From an uncultured Jatrophihabitans sp. (GTDB lineage: Bacteria > Actinomycetota > Actinomycetes > Mycobacteriales > Jatrophihabitantaceae), in contig CAXUNA010000004.1 of NCBI GenBank assembly GCA_964252095.1, forward strand, positions 1,788 through 38,906: a stretch of DNA of 37,119 nt, in the 5' to 3' direction. A program made the position numbers and the translations under genes. Of this stretch, positions 26,908-35,561 are shown piece by piece. The first letter of the stretch is position 1. The number at the start of each line of letters is the position of its first letter. The notes beneath the pieces were generated by a model. The model did no database searches and was not told the origin of the DNA. It was given only the letters and a program-made list of their open reading frames with translations.

Positions 26908-27105
26908 GCTCCCCGAGCACACCGGGCCGCTCCATCCGCGCGCCGGCGGACCACGCCGGGCGGTCCTCGATCGGATGTGCACCGTGATGCGACTCCGGGC
27001 TTGGCGAGCACCGGTCAGGGGTCCAGATGGCGGCTCGGTGCAGGCCGGCACCAGCGCCGTGGTCGTCGACGTCGCCGCCCGCGAGCCGGGAATGCGGACG
27101 GTGCA

Positions 27106-28470
27106 TCAGGAATCGAAGCGTTCCTCGTGCAGCTGGGCGTCCGGGAGGCCGGCGTCGCGCAGTGCTTTCCGCACGCCGGCCGCGAGGCGTGGTGAGCCAC
27201 AGAGGTAGACGTCACGGTCGCTCAGGTCGGGTGCGAAGCGCCGGAACAGCTGTGGGGTGAACGGCCCGATCCGGTCGCCGAGCAGGTAGTGCACGCGAGC
27301 GCCGCGGGCTCGGGCGATCGCGTCGAGCTCGTGGCCGAAGATCACCTCGTCGGCCGAACGGGCGCGGTACAGCAGCAGCAGGTCCTGACCGGGCGCCAGC
27401 GGCATCGTCTCGAACAACGCCCGCATCGGGGTGATCCCCACACCGCCGGCGACCAGCAGGACGTTGCGGCGGGTGCGCCGTCCGGCCGTCACCGCGCCGT
27501 ACGGACCTTCCGCCATCAACCACGTCCCGGGTTCCAACGCCTGCAGCAGGCGGCTCCCGTCGCCGAGTGACTTCACCGTCAGCCGCAGGTGTGTGCTCGT
27601 CGGCGCCGCGGACAGGGAGAACGGGTGCGCCGTCTGCCAGAGGTCGGGGGTGAGGAACCGCCACCGGAAGAACTGGCCCGATTCCGCCTGCAGGTCGTCG
27701 AGGTCGTGGCCGGTGACATGCACCGAGACCACACCGGGTCCCTCCCGCACCACCGACTCGACCCGCATCCGGTGCCGGGTGGAGTTGCGCAGCGGCGTCA
27801 CGACGCGGTGGAGGACGACGAGGGCGAACACCTGGGTGTAGAGCAGCGCCCAGAGCACCTGGACGATCCGGTGACCGGCGAGGTCGGGACCGGCGAGCTG
27901 GTGCACGAAGCTCAGCGCGACAGCGATGTAGGTGAGCAGGTGGACCGCATGCCACCGCTCGTGGGCGATCCGCTTGCGCGCCAGGCGGATCGACATGCCG
28001 GCCACCACGAGGATCAACACCGTCCCGATCGACGCGGCGATCAACCACGGCATCCGCAGCACCTGCCACAGGGCCGGCCCGACCGACTCACCACGCGCCT
28101 GCGACCAACCCACGACCGCCGCCCAGGCGTGCACGACGATCAGCAGCACCACGGCACGCCCACCGCGGCCGTGCCAGCGGGCGAGCCGGTCCGCGCCGAC
28201 ACCCCTTTCCAGGGCGGGAGTCCTGGACATCAAGCCGATCATCACCACCACCGCGTACCCCGCCAGCATGCCGGCGACGTGCGCGACGAGCGGGGCGGGG
28301 CGGTACGGCGCGGGGAGACTCGCCGCGAGCAGGACCGGCCAGACCGCGACGGCCAGCCCACCGGCTGCGATCGCCAGGAGCACGGCGTCGGGTGACACCC
28401 GTCGGCCCCGGCCGGCGGCTGGAAGGACCGGGTGCGCAACGGGCCGAGCCGTCGCGGTGGGCACGCTCAC
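27106..28470 (-). CDS. Ferric-reductase-like transmembrane flavocytochrome (NOX/FRE family: bis-heme TM domain + FAD- + NAD-binding domains), paralogue 1
   Basis: His pairs WHGRGGRAVVLLIVVHAW and WHAVHLLTYIAVALSFVHQL; FAD motif HPFSLSAAP; NAD motifs VAGGVGITPMRALF and YLCGSP. Start GTG 28470 (GAGGA upstream) gives an N-terminal length matching paralogue 2; the rest of the 633-aa ORF is Arg-rich shadow. Confidence 0.85.
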   Translation of the reverse strand: MSVPTATARPVAHPVLPAAGRGRRVSPDAVLLAIAAGGLAVAVWPVLLAASLPAPYRPAPLVAHVAGMLAGYAVVVMIGLMSRTPALERGVGADRLARWHGRGGRAVVLLIVVHAWAAVVGWSQARGESVGPALWQVLRMPWLIAASIGTVLILVVAGMSIRLARKRIAHERWHAVHLLTYIAVALSFVHQLAGPDLAGHRIVQVLWALLYTQVFALVVLHRVVTPLRNSTRHRMRVESVVREGPGVVSVHVTGHDLDDLQAESGQFFRWRFLTPDLWQTAHPFSLSAAPTSTHLRLTVKSLGDGSRLLQALEPGTWLMAEGPYGAVTAGRRTRRNVLLVAGGVGITPMRALFETMPLAPGQDLLLLYRARSADEVIFGHELDAIARARGARVHYLLGDRIGPFTPQLFRRFAPDLSDRDVYLCGSPRLAAGVRKALRDAGLPDAQLHEERFDS

Positions 28471-28772
28471 CGCCCACGTCCTCGTCCACCACGCGGACCG
28501 GCGACGGCGGGAGCGGTCGGCACGGCTGCCGTCGGACCGGGGGCGGTGCCGGCGGTGACCGCCTCCGTCGTCACGGCGGGTGCGGGTCCCGGTGCGACCG
28601 GCGAGACCGACGGGGCGGTGAGACCGAGCCAGAGCGCGACCCCGGCCGACAGCGAGGTGACGACGACGCTGGTACGGCGTGCGCGGCGACGGCCGTCGGC
28701 GCGTGCCGAGCGATCGGGCGCCGCGGCGAGGTGGGACGGGGACCAGCCGAGAGTGGCGGTGGGACTGACCAT
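28467..28772 (-). CDS. Hypothetical membrane-anchored Pro/Ala/Thr-rich small protein (101 aa), coupled to ferric-reductase paralogue 1
   Basis: ATG 28772 preceded by AAAGGA. RRRARRTSVVVTSLSAGVALWLGLTA looks like an N-in TM anchor followed by a PAT-rich linker. Its stop overlaps the downstream GTG (GTGA at 28467-28470). Low-complexity, so uncertain. Confidence 0.35.
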   Translation of the reverse strand: MVSPTATLGWSPSHLAAAPDRSARADGRRRARRTSVVVTSLSAGVALWLGLTAPSVSPVAPGPAPAVTTEAVTAGTAPGPTAAVPTAPAVAGPRGGRGRGR

Positions 28773-28826
28773 GTCGTCCTTTGTCGCAGCCGCGGCTGGC
28801 ATCGACCCGCCGTACGGCTGGACACC

Positions 28827-28876
28827 ACCTGTCAGAGAGCGGCACCCCGGCCAGGCACTTGCCAGGCACCTGGCAG
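28827..28876. promoter_or_regulatory. Cluster of CCTG(T/G)CA half-sites in the divergent promoter region between the ferric-reductase-1 operon and the response regulator
   Basis: ACCTGTCAG at 28827-28835 and ACCTGGCAG at 28868-28876. GCCAGGCAC at 28850-58 and 28861-69 (11-bp spacing). TGCCAGG-CA-CCTGGCA forms a 16-bp palindrome at 28860-28875. Confidence 0.55.
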
Positions 28877-28936
28877 GTGACGCACAGACGGCGGCGAGCG
28901 GACGCACGGGACAATGGGCCGGGTGAGGACCCCCCG

Positions 28937-29656
<720 letters not shown>

Positions 29657-29657
29657 C

Positions 29658-31187
29658 GTGGCCGCGCGGACGCGTCCGACGGGTCGGGTCCGGGGGTTCA
29701 CCGCGCGGATTCCGCTCCGGGTCAGGCTCGTCGTCGCCGTACTGGGTCTGCTCGTGTTCGCCCTGCTCGCCTCCGGCGTCATCGGTGTCACGACGATGCG
29801 CAGCTACCTCACCGGCCGTGTCGACTCGCAGCTGCGCGCCGTCGCCGAACACCCGGGCGACGACGTCCCGGTGCAGGACGTGACCGGCGGTGGGACCACG
29901 GGCGGTGCTGGAGGCGGACCCGGTGGTGGGCGTGGTGGCCGCGGCGGCCACCAGTTGGCCAGCGCGTTCGTCGTGCAGGTCCTGGGCACCACCGGCGCCG
30001 TCACCTACCAGGCCAGCGACCTCATCGATGCCACCGAACCGCTTCCCCGGCTGCCGACGGTCACCGCGACGACCTCGACGGGGAACGGGTCACGCACCCT
30101 CACCGTCGGCGCCATCTCGGGGAACGGCCAGTGGCGGGTGCTGGTCGAACCCGTAAGGCTGACCGACGGAACGGCCGGGACCCTGCTCGTCGCCCAGAGC
30201 CTCGGCGACGTGACGGGAACCGTGGACCGACTCGCTCTCATCCTGCTCGTCATCGGAGCCGCGACCGTCGTGGTGATGGCCGCGCTCGCGTACGTCATCG
30301 TCCGACGCAGCCTGCGGCCCCTGCGCGCGGTCGAACACACCGCGACCGCGATCGCCGCGGGCGACCTCACCCAGCGTGTGCCGACCAGCGACCCCCGCAC
30401 CGAGGTCGGTCAGTTGGCCGCCGCGCTCAACACGATGCTCGGCGAGATCGAGACCGCGTTCGACCAACGTTCCCGGTCCGAGGCGACCGCGCGCGAATCC
30501 GAGACACGCATGCGTCGCTTCGTCGCCGACGCCAGTCACGAACTGCGCACCCCCCTGACGTCGATCCGGGGTTTCGCCGAGCTCTACCGGCAGGGCGCGG
30601 TGCCGAGTCCCGTCGATGTCGACCGCGTCATGCGACGCATCGAGGACGAGGGGCAACGGATGGGCCTGCTCGTCGAGGATCTCCTGACGCTCGCCAGGCT
30701 CGATCAGCAGCGGCCGTTGACCCGGGTGCCGGTCGACCTGCTCGCCCTCGCGACCGACGCCGTCCACGACGCTCGTGCGATCGCGCCGGACCGATCCGTG
30801 AGCCTCACACTGGGCGCCACCGATCCTCCGCCCATCGTCACGGGTGACGAAGCGCGGCTGCGGCAGGTGGTCGGCAACCTCGTGGGCAATGCGTTGCGGC
30901 ACACGCCGCCCCGAAGTGCTGTTGCCATCGAGGTCGGCGCGACGAGGTCGGGCGACGTCGAACTCGCCGTGGTCGACGACGGTCCCGGCCTCTCGCAGAG
31001 CGATGCCGCACAGGTCTTCGAGCGGTTCTACCGCAGCGACCAGGCCCGCAACCGTGATGACGGCGGTACCGGGCTGGGGCTGTCCATCGTGGCGGCGCTG
31101 GTCGCGGCGCACGGCGGCACGGTGTGGGTGGAGACGGCACCGGGTGCCGGCGCCCGCTTCGTCGTGCGCCTCCCCCTCGCGGTCTGA
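29658..31187 (+). CDS. Sensor histidine kinase (2 TM, extracytoplasmic loop, HAMP, HisKA, HATPase_c)
   Basis: H-box FVADASHELRTPLTSIRGFAELY; N/G boxes VGNLVGNALRHTP, DDGPGL, GGTGLGLSIV. GTG 29658 is 1 nt after the RR stop, with GAGGA upstream. Confidence 0.92.
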   Translation: MAARTRPTGRVRGFTARIPLRVRLVVAVLGLLVFALLASGVIGVTTMRSYLTGRVDSQLRAVAEHPGDDVPVQDVTGGGTTGGAGGGPGGGRGGRGGHQLASAFVVQVLGTTGAVTYQASDLIDATEPLPRLPTVTATTSTGNGSRTLTVGAISGNGQWRVLVEPVRLTDGTAGTLLVAQSLGDVTGTVDRLALILLVIGAATVVVMAALAYVIVRRSLRPLRAVEHTATAIAAGDLTQRVPTSDPRTEVGQLAAALNTMLGEIETAFDQRSRSEATARESETRMRRFVADASHELRTPLTSIRGFAELYRQGAVPSPVDVDRVMRRIEDEGQRMGLLVEDLLTLARLDQQRPLTRVPVDLLALATDAVHDARAIAPDRSVSLTLGATDPPPIVTGDEARLRQVVGNLVGNALRHTPPRSAVAIEVGATRSGDVELAVVDDGPGLSQSDAAQVFERFYRSDQARNRDDGGTGLGLSIVAALVAAHGGTVWVETAPGAGARFVVRLPLAV

Positions 31188-31295
31188 CCAGCCGGTCTCG
31201 GATCCACGCGGGGATCCGCGCCCTCCGAGCAGCGACCGGGTTGCGGCCGTCCCCGCACGTCGTCCGGACCTCTGTCACCCCGGTGCGGCGTGGGT

Positions 31296-31326
31296 TCCTG
31301 TCGGCCACCTGTCAGAAACCTGTCAG
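31296..31326 (+). promoter_or_regulatory. Three direct repeats with exact 11-bp phasing (candidate OmpR-type response-regulator binding site) upstream of the DUF3500 gene
   Basis: TCCTGTCGG (31296-304), ACCTGTCAG (31307-315) and ACCTGTCAG (31318-326). About 100 nt upstream of ATG 31425. Confidence 0.6.
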
Positions 31327-31424
31327 CGGGAACGCCGGATTGCCAGCTTGGCTTGAGGTCCGTTTGAGGAGTGCTCCAGCAGGGTGTTCTGGACCCACAC
31401 GACGACAGAAGGCAGCTTTCACCC

Positions 31425-32642
31425 ATGTTCGACCGTCCTCCCCTCACGCACCTCCCCCGTCCGTACAAGGCTCATCTCAACCGGCGTACCGGCGCGATCG
31501 CCATCGCCTGCGTGAGCGCTGCCGTGATCGCCGGCTGCAGCGCCGCATCGATCACGAGCGAGTCCGCGTCCAGCACGGCGAGCGGTCAGCGCTCGGGCCC
31601 TCCCGGCGGGTTCCCCGGCGGCGGGGCGGGCGGTGGGCTGCAGACCTTCACCGCCGTCGACCTCGACACCGACGGCGCGAACGCCTCCGACGCCAACACC
31701 GCGGAGGTCGTCGCCGCCACCCAGGCTTTCCTCGCGACGCTCGACGCGACGACCGCCGGCAAGGTCGAGTACGACTTCTCCGACAACCAGTCCCGCCAGA
31801 CCTGGTCGAACTACCCGTCGCAGCAGGTGCCCCGCAAGGGCGTCGCGCTGTCCGACCTCACCGACACCTCCAAGGCCGCGGCGTTGGCGGTCGTCAAGAC
31901 CATGTTGAGCGCGCAGGGGTACTCGCAGGTCGAAGCCGTCCAGCAGGCCGACGACTGGCTGAAGGCGAACAGCTCGTCCGGCACCGACAGCTTCGGCTCG
32001 GACACCGACTACTACATCGCCGTCTACGGCACACCGTCGGCGACCGACCCGTTCATGGTGCAGTTCGGCGGTCACCACCTCGCCCGCAACTACACCTACA
32101 AGGGCACCACGGCGTCGATCACCCCGGACTTCACGGGCACCGAGCCGAAGTCCTTCACCGTCGGCAACACCGACGTGGAACCGCTGAAGGAGAAGGCCGG
32201 CACCCTGTTCTCGGTCTTCGACTCGCTCACCGACGAGCAGGACGCGAAGGCGAAGCTCGCGGGAACGATCAACGACATCCTCATGGGCCCCAGTGTCGAC
32301 AGCGGGAAGTTCCCGGCCACCGAGGGGGTGTCCGTCGGCGACCTGTCCGCGGCCCAGCAACAGCTCGTGCTCGCGGCCATCGCGGCGTGGGTGGACGACG
32401 CGGCACCGGCCGAGGCCGCGTCCCTGCTCGCGACCTACGAGGCTGACCTCAGCAAGACCACCATCGCCTACGCCAACAGCACCACGGTCGACGGCGAGAA
32501 CACGTACCTGCGCATCGACGGCCCGCGGGTGTGGATCGAGCTCGTGAACACCCGCAGTCAGAGCACCCCGAACGTCCATTACCACGGGGTGTACCGCGAC
32601 AAGACCGACGACTACGGCAGCACCAACCCCAGCACCCGATGA
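31425..32642 (+). CDS. DUF3500-family lipoprotein (unknown function)
   Basis: N-terminus NRRTGAIAIACVSAAVIAGC has a twin-Arg plus a lipobox (Cys codon at 31533). C-terminal HYHGVYRDKTDDYG matches my recollection of the conserved DUF3500 end; family assignment needs an HMM check. Confidence 0.7.
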   Translation: MFDRPPLTHLPRPYKAHLNRRTGAIAIACVSAAVIAGCSAASITSESASSTASGQRSGPPGGFPGGGAGGGLQTFTAVDLDTDGANASDANTAEVVAATQAFLATLDATTAGKVEYDFSDNQSRQTWSNYPSQQVPRKGVALSDLTDTSKAAALAVVKTMLSAQGYSQVEAVQQADDWLKANSSSGTDSFGSDTDYYIAVYGTPSATDPFMVQFGGHHLARNYTYKGTTASITPDFTGTEPKSFTVGNTDVEPLKEKAGTLFSVFDSLTDEQDAKAKLAGTINDILMGPSVDSGKFPATEGVSVGDLSAAQQQLVLAAIAAWVDDAAPAEAASLLATYEADLSKTTIAYANSTTVDGENTYLRIDGPRVWIELVNTRSQSTPNVHYHGVYRDKTDDYGSTNPSTR

Positions 32643-34015
32643 GCATCTGGTCACGGGCGACGCGAACGGTCGTGATCGGCTCGGCGGCTGTGCTCGCCGT
32701 CCTCGGCTCCGCTCCCCCGGTGGGGGCGCACCCGCTCAACACGTCGGCGGTGCTGCTCGACATCGGGACCGACGCGGTCACCGCCACCATCGAGCTGCCG
32801 CTGGACCAGCTCAGCGTCGCCCGTGACCAGCAGCTCACCGCGACGACCGTTCTGGAGTCGCCGACCCTGACCGGCCTGCGGGCCTACGTCCGGGCCCACG
32901 TGTCGGCGAGCGACGGCTCGGGACGGACGTGGACCACCCAGGTCGTGGGCGGGCACGTGGCGGAGATCGACGGCGCCGACAACCTCGTGCTCGACGCCAC
33001 GCTGAGACCCGACGGCGGAACGGTCGGCAGCTTCGTGCTCCACGACGACGCGGTCGTCGACCTCCTGATCTCGCACCGCATCTTCGTGTCGGCGCGCTAC
33101 GGCGACTCGGGGGACTACACCACCCTCGCCATGCTGTCGTGGCAGACGACGACCGTGCCGGTGGAATCGACCGCTCCGCCGGAGTCGCGAGGCTTCATCG
33201 CCGCGGTGCACCTCGGTTTCCAGCACATCAGCAGCGGCAGCGACCACCTGTTGTTCCTGATGATGCTGTTGCTACCAGCACCCCTCGTCGCCCGCACGAG
33301 ACGGTGGGTGCAGAGGTCGGACAGCGGGTGGACGGGTCTGCGGCGAACGGCGCGGCGGGTCGTGCACGTCGTGTCCGCGTTCGCGCTCGGGCACTCCGTC
33401 ACGCTCGCTCTCGGCGCGCTCGGCTGGGTGGCACTACCCGACCGCCTGGTCGAGTCCGGTATCGCGCTCTCGGTGTTCGTCTCCGCCGTGCACGCGATCA
33501 GGCCACTGGTCCGCCGCGGCGAAGCAGTCATCGGGTTCGGGTTCGGTCTGCTGCACGGGTTGGCCTTCGCCGCTCTCCTCGGACAGCTCGACCTGAGCCG
33601 ACGCGCACTCGTGACGACCCTGCTCGGTTTCAACCTCGGCATCGAACTGACGCAGCTCGCCGTTGTCGCGCTGGTGATGCCGTCTCTCGTGCTGCTGTCG
33701 GCGACCCCGCTCTATCCGAGGCTGCGAGTGCTGACCGCCCTCGTGGGCGCCGCCCTCGCGACCGGTTGGTTCGCCGAACGGGTGGGCGTCATCTCGACCA
33801 ATCCGTTGGAGCCGGTCGGCAACGCCTTGGTCGGACACCCGTTGGCGGTCGCGGGCGTCCTCGCCGGGGTGGCGGCGGTGTCAGGCATCCGGACGCGGCG
33901 AGCGACGTTTCGTGCCCTGCCGACACAGGTGGTGTGGCCGACGTCGGGCAGTGGTGCCGCAGACTGTCCGCCGGACCGTGTCGACCCGGAGCGACTGCTG
34001 GTGCCGGAGACCTGA
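32639..34015 (+). CDS. HupE/UreJ-like (HupE_UreJ_2 type) membrane protein with N-terminal extracytoplasmic domain
   Basis: Signal peptide ending ...PPVGA|HPLN. TM-domain motifs GFQHISSGSDHLLFLMMLLL, FALGHSVTLALG, GFGLLHGLAFA. ATG 32639 overlaps the DUF3500 stop (ATGA). Confidence 0.75.
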   Translation: MSIWSRATRTVVIGSAAVLAVLGSAPPVGAHPLNTSAVLLDIGTDAVTATIELPLDQLSVARDQQLTATTVLESPTLTGLRAYVRAHVSASDGSGRTWTTQVVGGHVAEIDGADNLVLDATLRPDGGTVGSFVLHDDAVVDLLISHRIFVSARYGDSGDYTTLAMLSWQTTTVPVESTAPPESRGFIAAVHLGFQHISSGSDHLLFLMMLLLPAPLVARTRRWVQRSDSGWTGLRRTARRVVHVVSAFALGHSVTLALGALGWVALPDRLVESGIALSVFVSAVHAIRPLVRRGEAVIGFGFGLLHGLAFAALLGQLDLSRRALVTTLLGFNLGIELTQLAVVALVMPSLVLLSATPLYPRLRVLTALVGAALATGWFAERVGVISTNPLEPVGNALVGHPLAVAGVLAGVAAVSGIRTRRATFRALPTQVVWPTSGSGAADCPPDRVDPERLLVPET

Positions 34016-34027
34016 TCCCGATCCGCC

Positions 34028-34052
34028 CTCGACCTCTGGTGCGCGGGTCGAG
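34028..34052 (+). terminator. Hairpin 13 nt after the HupE-like stop
   Basis: CTCGACC (34028-34) pairs with GGTCGAG (34046-52), 11-nt loop. No U-tract. Confidence 0.3.
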
Positions 34053-34150
34053 CTCCGGGGGCCAGGTGCCGACACCCGCCGCCAGCGCGGCCCACCATGA
34101 CTCGCACGTCGAGACCGTGCCGCTCGACCACGAGTCCTCACGGTCACCAC

Positions 34151-34182
34151 GGGCAGCTGCCGGACGTGTCCGGCGCCTGCCC
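34151..34182. terminator. Long GC hairpin in the convergent intergenic region (possible bidirectional terminator)
   Basis: GGGCAG-CTG-CCGGAC-GT-GTCCGG-CGC-CTGCCC: nested inverted repeats giving about 14 paired positions. Lies between the HupE-like stop (34015) and the ApbE stop (34240). Confidence 0.45.
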
Positions 34183-34239
34183 GTTCGGGGCGCACGGCAC
34201 GGCGGCCCAGAAGGCGACCCTGACGGCCACCGTGCTGAC

Positions 34240-35031
34240 CTACCTGGAGTGAGGAGTCGACCCGGGCCGGACGCCCCGCGGCCAGCCGACACTGGCCCGC
34301 CGCCGTCCGGTCCGGTCGACGGTGAGCAACTCGTAGCCGTCGACCGTGTCGATCCAGTCGAAGGCCGCGTCTCCCCGCGCGAAGGCGGCGGTGGCGTAGG
34401 CGTCGGCGAACGTCAGCGACTGCCCGACGACTGTTGCACTCAACAGCGGTCCGGCGACGGGCAGCCGGTCGAACGGGTGGTGGATGTGGTGCCCCCGCTC
34501 GGCCGTCCCCGAGGTCGCGACCGCGCCGTCGGTCAGCGACACCGTCGTGACCGTGCGGGTCCGCTCGCGCGGGTCGACCACACCGATCCGCCACGGCTGC
34601 GCACCCGCGGAACCGCGGACCCGCACGTCGCCGCCGCCGTTGACGCAGTGGTGGGCGAACCCCTTGTCCGCCAGCAACCAGCTCGCGCGTTCGACCGCCC
34701 AGCCCTTGACCAGGCCCGTGGGGTCGATCACGCCGGACCACAGCGGCGTGAACCACCCCTCGGTGTCGGTCCGCGCGGTGGCGCACAGGTCGAGCACGGC
34801 GGCGACGTCGGGATCGGCGTCGGCGAGGCGCAACTCACGCCGCTGCAGGCGGGAGACGTCGCTGTCGGGGCGGTAGGTGCTGAACACGGCGTCGACGTGG
34901 TGCAGCCACGCGACGTCCTCGGCCACCGCCGCCGCGGGCTCGGCGTCGTCGCGGATGTCGATCGAGAAGACCGTGCCCATACAGGGCTCGACGTGCACGG
35001 AACGCCCGGGGACGGCGGTCGGCGAGGTCAC
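34240..35031 (-). CDS. apbE: FAD:protein FMN transferase (ApbE family)
   Basis: ApbE-like N-terminus (EPCMGTVFSIDI), with FSTYRPDSDVSRL and GLVKGWAVE. GTG 35031 overlaps the FMN_bind stop (GTGA). No N-terminal signal peptide or lipobox visible. Confidence 0.8.
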   Translation of the reverse strand: MTSPTAVPGRSVHVEPCMGTVFSIDIRDDAEPAAAVAEDVAWLHHVDAVFSTYRPDSDVSRLQRRELRLADADPDVAAVLDLCATARTDTEGWFTPLWSGVIDPTGLVKGWAVERASWLLADKGFAHHCVNGGGDVRVRGSAGAQPWRIGVVDPRERTRTVTTVSLTDGAVATSGTAERGHHIHHPFDRLPVAGPLLSATVVGQSLTFADAYATAAFARGDAAFDWIDTVDGYELLTVDRTGRRRASVGWPRGVRPGSTPHSR

Positions 35032-35534
35032 AGGCCGGCCTGGTCCAGTGCACTCTGCAACGATGCGATGTACCCCTCGCTCGTGTAGGTGGCGCCCGAG
35101 ACCGTGTCGATGCCGGCGGTGCCGGCGGCCGTCGCCTCGGCGTTCAGCTGTGGCACCGCGTACTGGTTGATCTCGGCGTCGCGCGGGTTGTCCTGCGGGT
35201 ACTCGACGGCCTGAACCGCGGTCACCTTGCCGCCGGTGACCGTGATCTCCACCTGGACGGGGCCGTACCGGGTGTCGGCGGCCGCCCCCGTGTACGTGCC
35301 GGCCGCCGGGGCGGCGGACGACGAGGGGGCGGGCGTCGAGGTCGAGGGAACCGCCGCTGCCGCACTGTTCCCGGTTGTCGGGACCGCCGTGGTCGGCGCA
35401 GGCAGGGTCCCCCCGGTCGGACCGGCCGCCACGGCGGCCGGGAGGGTCGCGGTGGCGAGCGGGTGGGTCTTGAACGACAGCAGCATCACCAGTCCGGTGA
35501 CCGTGCCGACGAGGGCGAACAGGGCGCGTCGCAT
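35028..35534 (-). CDS. Membrane-anchored FMN-binding (FMN_bind) domain protein, predicted ApbE substrate
   Basis: N-terminal anchor MRRALFALVGTVTGLVMLLSF, PAT-rich linker, then an FMN_bind domain with the flavinylation motif IDTVSGATYTSEGY (SGAT codons at 35088-35099). Confidence 0.85.
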   Translation of the reverse strand: MRRALFALVGTVTGLVMLLSFKTHPLATATLPAAVAAGPTGGTLPAPTTAVPTTGNSAAAAVPSTSTPAPSSSAAPAAGTYTGAAADTRYGPVQVEITVTGGKVTAVQAVEYPQDNPRDAEINQYAVPQLNAEATAAGTAGIDTVSGATYTSEGYIASLQSALDQAGL

Positions 35535-35561
35535 GGTGCGGGTCTCGTCTCTCGTGAGGGA

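Noticed and set aside
26795-27106. 103-aa ORF whose ATG overlaps the stop of ferric-reductase paralogue 1 (TGATG), suggesting a coupled downstream gene
   Set aside because: My hand count of the first 55 codons gives roughly 78/64/80 percent GC at codon positions 1/2/3. That is not the strong third-position bias of real genes here. The ORF would overlap the convergent SDR gene by more than 100 nt, and it has no recognisable motif.
34097-34252. 51-aa His-containing ORF (MTRTSRPCRSTTSPHGHHGQLPDVSGACPFGAHG...) in the convergent intergenic region
   Set aside because: No RBS. It overlaps the ApbE 3' end. It contains the strong 34151-34182 hairpin, which is better explained as a terminator. No recognisable family.
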